From Mytilus edulis (taxonomy: Eukaryota), in the NCBI RefSeq assembly GCF_963676685.1, contig NC_092353.1:51026001-51090000 (forward strand): a stretch of 64,000 bases of DNA, in the 5' to 3' direction. The position numbers and the translations under genes were made by a program. The notes below the pieces were generated by a model, which saw nothing but the letters and a program-made list of their open reading frames with translations, ran no database searches and was not told the origin of the DNA. Below, one piece after another: positions 13,787 through 27,044 of this stretch (position 1 is the stretch's first letter; each line of letters opens with the position of its first letter).

Positions 13787-14118
13787 ATAAAATTGAGAAT
13801 GGAAATGGGGAATGTGTCAAAGAGACAACAACCCGACCAAATAAAAAACAACAACAGCAGAGGGTCACCAACAGGTCTTCAATGTAGCGAGAAATTCTCG
13901 CACCCAGAGGCGTCCTTCAGCTGGCCCCTAAACAAATATATACTAGTCCAGTGATAATGAACGCCATACTAATTTCCAAATTGTACACAAGAAACTAAAA
14001 TTAAAATAATACAAGACTAACAAAGGCCAGAGGCTCCTGACTTGGGACAGGCGCAAAAATGCGGCGGGGTTAAACATGTTTGTGAGATCTCAACCCTCTC
14101 CCTATACCTCTAACCAAA
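13787..14118 (+). mobile_element. Dispersed repeat family A
   Basis: High identity to 11295-11622 (reverse) and to the fragment 46645-46765 (reverse). Confidence 0.85.
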
Positions 14119-15235
14119 TAGAACATATGGCAGTGTTGATTATATTTCAAACAAAGACAGGTTTGGAAAAACTAACTGCAGATGATGCCAGACGATGATA
14201 ATTTACTTAAATCTGATATACCAATTAATAAGCCGGGAAATATAAATACCGGTTTTTGATTGGTTGAGATGAAATGGCAGACATATCAAACATATAAAAG
14301 TTTTAGTTTGTTACTCAGATTTAGTTTTTTGTCCATGGATTTATGAGTTTTGAACAGCGGTAAACTACTGTTGCTTTATATCAACTATGTTCATTACTGA
14401 ATTAGAAAAAGAGTACAAAGATTTTGCCAGCTGTTTCCCGTTTTATCCATTGTAATAGTAAGTACGAAATGATATTTTATACATAAATGAGATTCGAAAA
14501 GCGGTAAAAAGTAAAGTAACAAAAATACAGAACTCCGAGGAAAATTCAAAACGGAAAGTCAGAAATCAAGTGGCAAAATCAAAAGCTCATACTCATCAAA
14601 CGAATGGATAACAACTGTCTTATTCCTGACTTGGTACATGAATTAAACCAGTTCTGGTGGTGTCCGTTAGATTTTTTTAAAAGATGACATAAGCATTATC
14701 AATTTCTTATATTCTTGGATCAACAACTTTCTTTTAAACAAAAACTTTTCATCTACGAAAATATGACGAGAAACTTTGATCGAAACATCGTGTCATAAGA
14801 AGTGTAACGCTCCATACTCATTATGCAGATGCTATCGTAATTTTCACATTTAAGAAATACAGTTGAAGAAAATCTAATTTGTAACCTAAACATCCCCTGT
14901 AAAAACCAAAACAAATTCAAAACCACAAAATAGAAGATTATATTTCATGTTTAACTTGATAACAATTTAAAATACGTTTGCGGTATGTGGTTTATTCTTT
15001 TACGTATCAGTTAAAATTCATCACATAGTTTTACGGCTTTATTGTACAATCGGTATCGCTCATTATACTACATTGCAATCTTTATTTTTTTCAGTCTAAA
15101 TACTTATAGTTTACGGAGGAATATGAATTACTCCTAGCTGAAAATTTAATCTATTTGATTGAACTTTGTCATTAGCTTTTTCATTGCGATCTACAGAAAT
15201 GTACAGAAACAATCATTGAGAGAAGAATTTTAAAC

Positions 15236-15395
15236 CTTAGCCTTGTCCTTATTTAGCACAACTTTTTGGATGCTCTTCAACTTTGTACTTGTTTGGGTTT
15301 ATAACTATTTTGATCTGAGTGTCATTAATGAGTCTTATGTAGACGAAACGCGCGTCTTGCGTATTTAATTACAATCCTGGTACATTTGATAACTA
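15236..15395 (+). mobile_element. Retrozyme family B1 fragment with a mutated hammerhead core
   Basis: gagtgtca-TTAATGA-gtcttatgtagac-GAAAC-GCGC-GTC-ttgcgt: core CUGAUGA mutated. Ends at the family's fixed terminus (...gataacta). Confidence 0.75.
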
Positions 15396-16595
15396 ATAAG
15401 CACTTTTTAAAAAATTAAATCATAACTGAATAAATATACCCTTTCAACGCAACAAAAATTATATTTAACGTTAGATTGATATCGAAATACATTGTGTAGA
15501 GCCTTTTTAAGATAGCAATGAAAAAGCTAATGACAAAGTTTAAATATCAATGAGGCACTTGTATGCAACCATGTCTTTTTACTATTTAACTATATTTGTA
15601 TAATTTTTTTTTATCGGATATATGACGAACAATGCATATCATCAACATATACATTTCATATCTATTAAGTCAAGTAAACAGTTTTATATGAAAACAAAAT
15701 TAATAAACATTTATAAGATAGATAATCAATATTTCCTTATCAAAATACGATATGCATAATACAATAAAACAAAATGCGCTTACTTTGACTGCCAAGATGA
15801 CTGAAATTTATATTTGTTTTGCATTAGCTGGAAAGCATGCTAATAATTTCCTATTCAGCTCTTGACTAGTATCTAATGAAAATTAGTTAAGATAAAAATA
15901 ATTCTATTTAACTCGTTCTAGTAGTTATACATCTCCAGCTTTTGGTGGGGGTTCGTGTTGTTCAGTCGATACTTTTCTATGTGTGTTTTGAAAACTGTTA
16001 TAATATGATCTTTTTTGTTTGCAAGGCGTTGTCACTTAAATTCGAATTTTCAATTAGAACACGTGTTCGGTACCCTTGTATCCTCTTTGTCTAAATAGTT
16101 TTTGATTGAATGTTAAAATTAGAGATCCGGATATGTCGGATCGCCAATAAGGCTATCTAAAAAGTAAAATAACAAAAGAGACCGGATTCTGAGGAAAATT
16201 CAAAACAGACAAACCCTTATCAAATGGCAAAACAAAACACATTAAACGAATGAATAACAACTGTCTTATTCCTGATTTGGTTCAAGTATTTGATATCGAG
16301 CGTAAAAATGTAAATTAACACAACTAAAGGTCATACATAATATGCCCTTCAACAAAGATATAAATGATGTATTCCGTATGAAACATCTCAAGAGCAATAT
16401 CACAAAAAAGGACAAAAAAATAGCAAAAACAAACCAACAAAAAAAAAACAAAACGGAGGGATTTAAAACCGTAATTTTCTTGTAATTTGAATCTATAAAC
16501 GGACAATTATTGAAAGGTTTGTTGTAAATCATACCAGTACCGAAGTACTGACTACTAGGCTTATGATATCTCTGGGGAATGATATTCCACCTAAA

Positions 16596-17335
16596 ATAGT
16601 TATCAAAGGTACCAGGATTATAATTTATTACGGCAGACGTGCGTTTCGTCTACATAAGACTCATCATTGACGCTCATATCAAAACAATTGAAAAACCAAA
16701 CAAGTACAAAGTTGAAGAGCATTTAGAACCCAAAATTCAAAAAAAGTTGTGCCAAATACGGCTAAGGTAATCTACTCCTTGGAAAAGAAAACCCTTTATT
16801 TTTCGAAAAATTCAAAGTTTTGTAAACAGAAAAGAAAATTTATAAAATGACCATATTATTGATATTCATGTCAACACCGGAGTGCTGACTACTGGGCTGG
16901 TGATACCCTCGGGGACGAAACGTCCACCAACATTGGCATCGACCCAGTGGTGTAAAATAGTTATCAAAGGTACCAGGATTATAATTTATTACGCCAGACG
17001 CGCGCTTCATGTACATAAGACTCATCAGTGACGCTCATATCAAAACAATTGAAAAGCCAAACAAGTACAAAGTTGAAGAAAATTGAGGACCCAAAATTCC
17101 AAAAAAGTTGTGCCAAATACAGCTAAGGTAATCTACTCCTGGGAAAAGAAAATCTTTAGTTTTTTCGAAAAATTCAAAGTTTTTTAAACAGAAAATTTAT
17201 AAAATGACTATATTATTGATATTCATGTCAAAACCGGAGTGCTGACTACTGGGCTGGTGATACCCTCGGGGACGAAACGTCCACAAGCATTGGCATCGAC
17301 CCAGTGGTGTAAAATAGTTATCAAAGGTACCAGGA
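16596..17335 (-). mobile_element. Tandem array of non-LTR retrozyme family B1 (units 361 and 357 bp), one type-I hammerhead per unit
   Basis: atagttatcaaaggtaccagg starts at 16596, 16957 and 17314. Minus-strand HHRs at ~16630-16675 (C3>A) and ~16991-17036 (stem II and A15.1 mutated). Confidence 0.85.
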
Positions 17336-17598
17336 TACTCCTTGAAAAAGAAAATCCTTAGTTTTTCGAAAAATTCAAGCAGTATCGACCCAATTCTTAC
17401 GTTCAATGCGCTTTTCTGTTTAGTGCTTTTCTGTTTTCTGTTTTTAAAACATAAAATCACGAAAATTCAGAACTTTGAGGAATCCTCAAAAAAAGGAAAA
17501 TCAATATTCAATCTTATGATGAGTGCTTAATATGGTCAAAGATAACCAATATAAAATAAAGAAATTATACTTTAATTTCTTTTAAAAATTGATTTTAA

Positions 17599-17871
17599 GG
17601 TGGTACCTAACACTACAGGGAGATAACTCTGTAAAATAAGCTAAACGTTTTAATTACGTTGTGTTGTTAAGGGAATAATAAGCTTCTCAATGATCAAAAT
17701 AAGTGTTTGTCAAACTGCTATATAACCAGTGTAATTTTTCTGATAAAACGGTTGGTTCAAATTTTTGAAAGTTTTTATATTTTTGTCAAAGGGTCAAAGT
17801 AAATACTCCGTCAAAATTTCAAGAAAATTAAACGAGCCAAATTAATGTTAGTTAAAGTGTTGGGTACCACC
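17599..17871. mobile_element. Kolobok-like TTAA MITE (273 bp)
   Basis: TTAA|GGTGGTACCTAACACT ... AGTGTTGGGTACCACC|TTAA: 15/16 TIR and TTAA TSD. Paralog at 22875-23149. Confidence 0.85.
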
Positions 17872-18721
17872 TTAAGATAAGAGAAAAAGATAAATAACAC
17901 AATCACGGTAATGCAACAAATACTTATTAGACAGACCAAAAAAAGAAGTGTTGTTTGTTTCTGTATCTTATTTGTTTATACTGTATTCTATTAGATAGTA
18001 TGATTACAATAAAGAGGTTAATTTATGGATTTAAATACTCATACCAAATAATACATATACATACAGATGACTTTAAAACCTATATAACTGTGAAAACAAT
18101 TCATGATCCTAAATTTGGCAAGGGGTCTATTTTCAGTTTTGTTGTACACATATTTAGACTTTAACAGATTTTCCCTGTTTAAGCAATATCGTTTTTTTGA
18201 TATGGTACGCATCTATAGATATAAGGAGATGTGGTATGAATGCCAATGAGACAACTTTCAATCCAAGTCACAATTTGTAAAGGTAAACCATTATAGGTCA
18301 AAGTAATGTATCCAACACGGAGCCTGGGCTCACATCGAATAACTAACTGTAAAGGGTCGAACAAATCTCCATCAAGTATATCATTTCATTCTCATACTAA
18401 ATACATAAAGAATCAATGTCTAATTAAGCAGTACTTTTGTTACCTTTAGTAGAAACTTTTATAATATTTCGTCATAGTCTTTATGTTGAATACACAATAA
18501 AAAATTGTAACGAACGATTGTGACTGAGTATTGTACATTTGTCAGCATTTATCTTATAGTATATATTCTTATACATTAAGACTATAGCACCATTATGATA
18601 GACGAGGAGTTTTAAATTGCCTTTCGAATATTCGTTAAGGTACGCAAAAATAAATGATAGCAATGTCAATTGCGAAAGGCAGTATTTTGGACTTTAGATA
18701 TAGTGCGATGACCAAAGAATA

Positions 18722-18918
18722 CTGTACATTCAGAAATTATTGCGATGTTTTATTATTGCGAAAAATGCGACAGGGTTATAATCGCAATAATTTAACTTGT
18801 AAGTTTTTTTAAAGAATTAAATATGATTAATCTCAATATCAAAAAAATTTAAATCGCATTATAATCTAAAATGACAAAAGGGCAATAATAAATGCCCGCA
18901 TTAATTTCTAAATACTAT
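18722..18918. mobile_element. Short degraded MITE
   Basis: Left ta|ctgtacattcagaaattattgcg; right cgcattaatttctaaatacta (imperfect TIR); internal ttattgcg/cgcaataa repeats. Confidence 0.5.
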
Positions 18919-21900
18919 ATGTCATAATGCTGCTGATATTTTGATCCACATCCTCAGTTACTTCTGTTAATTTGTATTGCCACAACCGCTGACTTACACG
19001 ATATATGACTGATACATTTTCATGCAATTCTTTTAACAGAACAGGTGTTATCAATTGCTATTACCGCGCCATCTAACACGTTTTTATGGAAATTCCCTCG
19101 TTTAAGTTTAAAACTCCAGTCTTAATTTCGAGATTTAAATTCATCATATACCTTAAATAACCATTATGACAGGATAATTTGAGTCTTTGATTAATATTAG
19201 AGAAAATTAGTGTGACAAAACGTTATCAATACAATATTACCTAACATCAAACCGATTGAGTCAAAAAGCTATTAAAATTATTTTTTTAAAGAGATTTTGC
19301 ACTTGAACCGATACTACCTTTTGTTAATATTGGCCACCTACAAATATCAAAATTTAAAAGGGTTGGGATGCTATAATAATTGAATTCTTTTAGAGATATT
19401 GTTTAAAATGCCAAACTGTCAAGTATAATTAACTATGGTAAAGAAATGATTACATGACCTTTTTTTGCCATGATTTGTCTCAATCGATCGAATTGCTTCC
19501 TTAATTCAAAGAGGAAAGGGTTAAACATTCCAGTCATTTTTGTAGATTTTAATTCAATTTTTAACTTGGAGTTGATTTATCTCACAAAAAATGTGAAAAT
19601 CCGAGATACATTGAACATATACAAACATAAATTTCTATCAAAGGTTTAAATTTAAAGGGGCTGTAATGTTATATAAAGTATTTGTCACGAGTACGCATTT
19701 GTATGACGAAGTAGATATACAATTTTGTTGTAAGTGCTTCAAGTAGATGATAACAAGTAATGAGATAAAATAGAGTCATGTTGCTATATTTTCTTTATAA
19801 TCTAACAATTAAAACTAAAGTATCTCTTTTTATATATTTATTTTGAAAGGATGGTAAATGATTTGTACTGTATGCTTTGTCCAACACGTAATGTTACTGG
19901 TGTATGTGTGTGAATAAAATTTATCCGACATCCAAGTTTTAAAACTAATTAGTACATGTTATGTTGTAGATGTAGATTAGATTAAATGTAATATGTTATG
20001 ACATTTTTTAACGGGTAAAATAATTATTTTTTTTTGATAACTTCAGAGGTCTTTAACAAACACTGCATGCATGTATATTTCAACTAAAGTTTGCGTTTAA
20101 ACAAAAATCATATACATTTTATCTATATTTAAACACTTCAATATAAAGATAAAAAAAAATCATCATTTTATCATTGCTTGCATTCCACCGTAATCAAACC
20201 GGTTTGTTTGTCTAATAGATTGTCACATGTCATGCTGGTTATTACAAAAGGTTTCATTTCAAACAATAATTTCTGTTGACTTATCTATCGTCTCTTGAAA
20301 AACACTTACATAAGTAGATTTATAAATGACATATTGACATGCACTTTAATTTAGCTACGATTTGGTATAAAATTCTGGATTTTCTTCTATCTGTTTCAAT
20401 TCTTACTGTGACTTTCACAAATAATTAAACACAAAGTTTTTATGGAACTTAATTACTATAAAATAACTAAAATAAAGTTATCAGTCAAAATATTTTTATG
20501 TGAAATTTTCTTCCATTCATACATTGTGACCTGTTTAATATGTATAACGGTAGACTAATAATTATTTGAATTACAAAAATTGATATAAAATGTCAACAGC
20601 GGGATTTCCGTAACTTGAAAAATATGTAAAAAGCCACTGATTATTAAAACTACTAATGGTACTTCAACACCCACTGATAGTCAGCACATATTAATTTAAA
20701 CGACAAAGACAAAATTCAGTATTATTTTCAATATTTTTATACTATATTCCTATTTCATATGCAATTGATAAAAATAGACGATTAATAATATGGTTAAGTG
20801 AAAAAAAAAAAATATTGAAAGTAATCATTCTACGCATGTACGTGTAAGAAATGAACATGAAAAAATAAGGATTTAACATTTATATTTGATTCGAAGTAAT
20901 TTTATCGTATTAGATACTTCAGAAATTGAATTGCAGACACAGCATTTTTTAACAATCTGTAATGGAACCAACTACATGTAAGACAACCCATACTCAGCTA
21001 TACAATAGAATAGTAGATTATACATTCTATTACAGTTTACTTTAACGGTTTTGTGATAGTCTGTCAAAATGTGTAGTGTTTAACATTCAAAAACTCATCA
21101 AGAAGTCGATGGTCAAAGTGTGATTTGAGATGACAGCTTTACTGCCCGTTAATTTGTGTTTGGTTAATTTGATCAGCACTTGAAACATCAAAGGACGGTG
21201 TACATACCTAAATTGAAATACTGCTCTGTTACAAACTAATATCAATGAAAATGAAACTTTAATCTGTTTAACACTCTTAAAAAAAAGAAGTTTAAAGAGA
21301 TCTTAGTATTTTTTCAGTCTAATTAAAACCGAGACTGTTATGTTCATCTCACGACATCAGTACTTAACATGACGATAGAGTTTATCGATATCAATAAAAT
21401 TGACGAGTCAATGTATTTAGCCTAAAACAAATTACCAATCAATACAGTTGCTATTATATAATTATAAAGCAGATATAAGGTATTTCTATAGGTTATATAT
21501 ATGCATTTACGTATAGTAATATAGTACATGGCTGTAAATCCCGTTAAACATTCTTACTACTTAAAGAGAACACTTATTCTTAAAAATTCCAAGTTGATGT
21601 ATATGATCTTATAGATTATATAAATACTTTTTAATCAAATTTGATCAATGCATTCAATAATTTCTTCATCTTCATAAATATCATTGTGTTGCTCACTCCT
21701 TAGTTTTCTGTGTTGTGTTTTGTGTACTTTTGTTTGTGTACTTTTGTGTTTTTCTGCTGGTCTTTTTCTTTTTTAGCCAGGGCGTTGTCTACTTATGAAT
21801 TTGAATGCCCCATTGGTATCTATCGTTTCTCTCGTATATATGTGTAGTTTACAACAATCGAAATTTCAGTCCAATCGGAATTTCCTGATTTTCGAAAACA

Positions 21901-22874
21901 TAAAGAGTATTCCCACAGTTTTACTAAACACAAACTAAGATATATCTAGGAAAAATGATAATCTAAATTTTATCTATCATGTTTATGCCTTGATAATAAT
22001 TGTACATTAAAACAATTTTTGAAATTAAAAACAGATACAATCTCAAATTAAAAACTGATAAAATCAACCATTCGTTTATTTTTAAAGGGGTTGTCATACT
22101 ATTAAGTGAATTCAACATGAAACAGAATTAACAAAATACATACATTGTACAGATAACGCTCAGTTTTAAGTATTTGAGGTGGATAATGTTATACGTAATA
22201 TAATACCAACGTGGAATCATACCTAAAAGTATATAATAGAACCCGGAAATGAAGATAACAATTTCAAGTGAAACAAATTCGATGTCCGGTATTGTTTAAA
22301 ATAAGTTAGAGAGGAAACGAAAAAAAAAAGGCAAATTCTGTTTGACTAGTACATTTCTTATGATAAATATATGATTTTCACATTTCATGAACATGGCATA
22401 TGAAAAACCATCACATATTTATTTTAAAAAGATCGAGTTTTGCATATGCAACTTACCGCAGATTTTGCCCCAATATCAATAATTCTGCCAGCGGAAAATA
22501 CCCATTTAATGAGCCCTATTTTAAGACGCCATAACAAGAAACGTGTTTACAATGACAGCGGAATTTGTTAAGGAAGACAAATAAATACTATAACAAATTT
22601 GACAACGACGTTAACAAATTAATGGACAGTAGTTTTGAACTGTTATGGTGCTTCGTAATGATGCGTGAAGTCATTTTAGTTTAGGAAAAAATGTATATAT
22701 AATGATTATACCAGACCGATGGTAAAATAAAATTCTTTCAATTTTTTAGCATTTGTATAATACAAGATCATACAGGCACTAGTAAAAAAATGTATCATCC
22801 CTCTACCAATATGAGACCTCGACCAGCGCCTTTGACTGATACTGTCGTTTCGTGATATAACATGTTATATTTAA

Positions 22875-23149
22875 GGTGGTACCTAACACTACAAGGAGAT
22901 AGCTCTGCAAACATCAACTAAACGTTTTAATCACATTGTATTGTTAAGGAAATAGTAAGCCTCTCAATGATCAAAATTAGTGTTTGTCAAATTGCTATGT
23001 ATCCAATGAAAATTTTCCGAGAAAGTGCATGGTTCAAGTTTTATGAATTTTTTTATATTTTTGTCAAAGGGTCAAAATAAATCTTTTGTTAAAGTTTTCT
23101 GAAAATTAAACGAGCAAAATTAATTTTAGTCAAGGTGCTTGGTACCACC
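22875..23149. mobile_element. Kolobok-like TTAA MITE (275 bp)
   Basis: TTAA|GGTGGTACC ... GGTACCACC|TTAA; colinear with 17599-17871. Confidence 0.85.
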
Positions 23150-23211
23150 TTAAGATTTGGGAAATATATTATTTCAGAATACAAATAATGTAAACGGTAC
23201 ACGTTTTAATG

Positions 23212-23253
23212 CACCAGACGCGGATTTTGACAATGAATGTCACTTCAGTGATA
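23212..23253 (-). ncRNA. Decayed type-I hammerhead ribozyme, third family
   Basis: UAUCA-CUGAAGU-GACA(uucau)UGUC-AAAAU-CCGC-GUC-UGGUG. Stems I and II pair; core has A9>U and G12>A. Confidence 0.5.
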
Positions 23254-23429
23254 ATAAAGGCCATATTGTTGAACAGCCTAAATATGATACGAACATTGAA
23301 GAACTGATCAATCAAAAGGAATAAAAGTAAAACAGACAAAACCGGACCACCGTGTTCATTTGGAACCAACTGGCCCCGAATTTAAATAATATTCAGTGTG
23401 ATTATGCAGTTTATGTATAGCTAGTGGTA

Positions 23430-23850
23430 TAAAGTAATTCACAAAAATACTGAACTCCAAAGAAAATTCTAAACGAAGAGTCCCTAATCAAATGCCAATA
23501 TCAAAAGCTCAAAACATATCCAACGTATGAATAACAACTGTCATCAGGTTTTTAAGTTAGCTAAACCTCTCCACTTGTACAACAGTTGTATCAAATTTCA
23601 TTATATTGACAACGATGTGTGAACAAAACAAACAGACATAAAAGGTAAAAATGTCAAAAGTGGCGGTACAGCAGACAGCATGGTGGAATAATCTTAATCA
23701 CTTTAAAACAAATAAATAACAAAGAAGCACAAAATGGCATATATACCAAGCATATTAGCAAAAATTAAAGACAGAAATACACAAATTTACCACAGTACAA
23801 TAACACAATGACGGGATGGATAAGAACAGAGCTACGTCATATATGAATCA
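23430..23850 (+). mobile_element. Abundant dispersed repeat family C
   Basis: aaaagtaa..cacaaaaatactgaactcc.ag.aaaattc...caaacgaatggataacaactgtc block. Other copies at ~14505-14640, 16160-16285 and 39940-40050; reverse copies at ~4120-4390, 46240-46580, 50040-50195 and 50395-50535. Confidence 0.75.
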
Positions 23851-24327
23851 AAGAAACTGAATTCTGGGGAGTATTTTGTGTAAAAAATCTTCTGTATATA
23901 TCTTTCTGTGATAAGAAAAAGGAATTGAGACTCTGGTTAAGATAAACAGAACATAGGTGTGTTTTATCTGTGCAACATAATATATGGATTGGAAGTCCAC
24001 GAAATGAAATGAAGAAAAAGTCTCTATAAATGTTGGAAAAACTCGTTCTTTAACTACACAATTAGCGAAATCCTACCATAACAATCTCACTGGAAACGCC
24101 GGTTCCAAAATTTCACTACACATTAAAGTACTGCTAAAATGTTGATAAACGAATTAAGGGAATTGGTATCACCAATCCCCTTGATTAAAAGTAAATAAAA
24201 AAATCACCATATCGTACTGATACATATATAGATAACTTTCGAACTATTCAAAGTTTTTTTTATATAAATATTACTTGGTTATATAATCAATACAAGTTTG
24301 CACATACATCTTAATAGTCACATTATG

Positions 24328-24518
24328 TTAACTACTATATCGTACAATCAGTGTAGCTCTTATAACAGTATTGCATTCTGTACACTTTCTAAATTGTGCA
24401 CCACAGGACTGACATGTACATAAATGGCGGCAAGGCAACCACAACAAATTACTAAGACAGTTTCTGCAGACTTTGCAAACAAAATTCTGTACATCACTTT
24501 GTGAAGAATCCTGTTTCT
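24328..24518 (-). CDS. Terminal exon encoding an IAP/MGRN1-type C3HC4 RING finger (E3 ubiquitin ligase)
   Basis: Acceptor tttttatttcAG (24520-24519). Phase-1 frame KQDSSQSDVQNFVCKVCRNCLSNLLWLPCRHLCTCQSCGAQFRKCTECNTVIRATLIVRYSS* matches the CxxC...LPCxHxxxCxxC...CxxC pattern of zf-C3HC4_3. Not present in the ORF track. Confidence 0.8.
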
Positions 24519-25002
24519 CTGAAATAAAAATAAAAAAAATCTTAAGAAATAATATGATGGCAAGTATGAATCTTAAACACTTCTTACAAATTAATTACCA
24601 CTAGTAAAGTTTGTTTTTACATTGATACTAGTTTGTTTTTACATTGATACTTTCACTCTCTATTTTAATACCAATTATATATAGATGTTTCAAAAAGTAG
24701 AGTATATTTTAAAGAGGATGTCTCGAGTATACATATCAACATTAAAACTCTAATCTATAGCATATGCACTGTTGTTTTATAGCGTATATCTTACTTCACA
24801 CAAAGCAATCGTATGATTTTTGAACACTTGTAGACTACTGTTGTCTTTATTTACCTTGATTTCGTTGGTCTTTTGTTCTCAAAGACATCTTTATGTTTTC
24901 TATAAAATGAATGAAATAGAGTAATAAGTGACGATGAGATAAGTGTTTCTATTTCCATTCAAATGGAGTGTCTTTTATTCGTTTATAGTTTATTAGAAAA
25001 AA

Positions 25003-25133
25003 GTTATCAAAGGTACCAGGATTATAATTTAGTACGCCAGACGCGCGTTTCGTCTACATAGGACTCATCAGTGACGCTCATATCAAAATATTATAAAGCC
25101 AAACAAGCACAAAGTTGAAGAGGATTGCGGATC
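25003..25133 (-). mobile_element. Retrozyme family B1 fragment
   Basis: Matches the first 130 bp of the 16596 unit and starts at the same fixed boundary. Confidence 0.85.
25034..25079 (-). ncRNA. Intact minimal type-I hammerhead ribozyme
   Basis: GA-GCGUCA CUGAUGA GUC(CUAUGUA)GAC GAA AC(GCGC)GU C^ UGGCGU. Full catalytic core; 6-bp stem I, 3-bp stem II, 2-bp stem III with palindromic GCGC loop. Confidence 0.85.
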
Positions 25134-26276
25134 CCCCTATACATGCTATAAATAAATAGATTTACATAATTATCGTTTAACAATTGGATTTTAAACGTCA
25201 AGCTGTCTTTCAACTCAAATCGATAGTGAACATGTAATTATTTTTTACCATATCTTTAGCATTTTTATGACATGTTTTGCATCTGTTGAACAGACGAAAG
25301 TAAGCAAGCCATGCATTTAATCGTTCTATGGGAATAACCTATATCAGCCTTCCTTGATTAGGTAGCCTGAATGTGTTCGAAAACTAGTTCACACGGTCTA
25401 TGATAACATGGTAACGATTTCGTTTTCTATACCGACCGGGGTGTTATTCCTCGACCAATATCAGCTGTTGACTGACATCTCTGACTGATACGGGGGTTTC
25501 GAGATGATATGGAATTAACATAGTATTAATCTGTATACATGTATATATGACAGAACCAAAACAGAAATTACTTTCAAAATGCACATTTCAGTTATATGAT
25601 ATTTGACATATTTGAATTTATAATTCCATATCAATACTTCCGATTAATCATCAATTAATGAATATCTTGATTATTATATCTACCATTATAACGTATTTTT
25701 TACTTTAAATAAATATATTAAATAACGTGTTAGCAATCTAAACAAAAACAATAACTTAAATACTCTGTCAAACAAAATGATACTATCAATATGTACAAGT
25801 GCCTGTTTCGAGCAAGGTGTCTGTCAATCATATGTTATCGTTATTTACTGTACATCATCTTGTTTTTCTTTTCTTATATCATAAATAGGACTGTTGAATT
25901 TTCCGTTTGAAATGTTTCACATATTGTCATGTCTGGGCATGCATCTTATAATCCGATTACTTAGACTCATTTACAGTCATACTACATATTCCAATTATAT
26001 ATATATAAGGTTAACGAACATTTTTCTGATAGCCAAAGAGATAATTATCCACTGAAATTCAAATGAAATGAAAAAAGCAACAAAAGGCAAGCACGGGGCC
26101 TTCAACAGTGAGAAAACCCCATATTGGTATTAGTTGCTCGGCTATAAAACATACCTCAGAATACAGAAATTAGTATAAGCTAAATTTACCTCACCTATGG
26201 AATCTGATGTATATCAATATCAATCTGGCATATTTCTAATTGAGCTAAATATATAGCTTATTATTCACCTTTTCAG

Positions 26277-26430
26277 ATTTATTCATAAAAATGTCCAACA
26301 TGTCAATGATGATAAAGTATGGAAGTGTCTCATATGTTTAAATTTGATACGCGTACTTGACCCATCGATACTTAAAGTGCTAATAGATTAAACGGATCAC
26401 CCTACATGTTCGTAATTGATTCCTTACTAC
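26277..26430 (+). pseudogene. Possible degraded RING-like exon
   Basis: After ccttttcAG: FIHKNVQHVNDDKVWKCLICLNLIRVLDPSILKVLID*, then DHPTCS in a shifted frame. Only partial Zn ligands. Confidence 0.25.
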
Positions 26431-27044
26431 AGTAATATTTTTGTTTCAATAAAAATGATAGCCCAATTCATTGCATGCATTGTTGCTTCATATTCTTAAA
26501 ATTTAATGTATAAGATAATGGTTAACATCAATATTAGAGCGATCATTTGATCACATCTCTACTTACGATTTTTAAATGCAACTATCTTACAATCCAAATA
26601 ATTTTGTAAAACCAATAACACCTTGTTCTTTATCAATTAATGATCACCTACTACTGTTTACACCATGCTTCATAACTTTTGAATCAACTTAAAAGCTTGA
26701 GCAATTTAAGTGTTGATCTTATCTTTTGAGGGCGGGAAGGAAATAACACATGACACCGATTAGTAGAAGTGTAAAACAATATATGAGGTATAGGTATTTA
26801 TGCAAACAATTGACGGATTGAATTATAATATCAAATATCACAATCTCTTTTTAAACATTAAACATGAATCAGTTTTTCAATAGTTATAGGGAAAATCATC
26901 TATTCTTATGCAAGGGCAAATATTGTATGCTAGCTTAAATAATACTCACTAACTTAAAGATTGTTTCTTGAGATCTGAATTATATAATATGATTACAAAT
27001 AAATAATAAAAAAAAATAATCAACCCTAGCTGATCAGCATGGTG

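Noticed and set aside
18481-18669. ORF with LKLLVYHNGAIVLMYKNI, vaguely like plexin-domain-containing proteins
   Set aside because: Short resemblance only; no splice-site support.
22457-22515. Small minus-strand exon GSLNGYFPLAELLILGQNLR with a good GTAAGT donor
   Set aside because: Too short, no recognisable domain, no convincing partner exon; kept only as weak support for the RING cluster.
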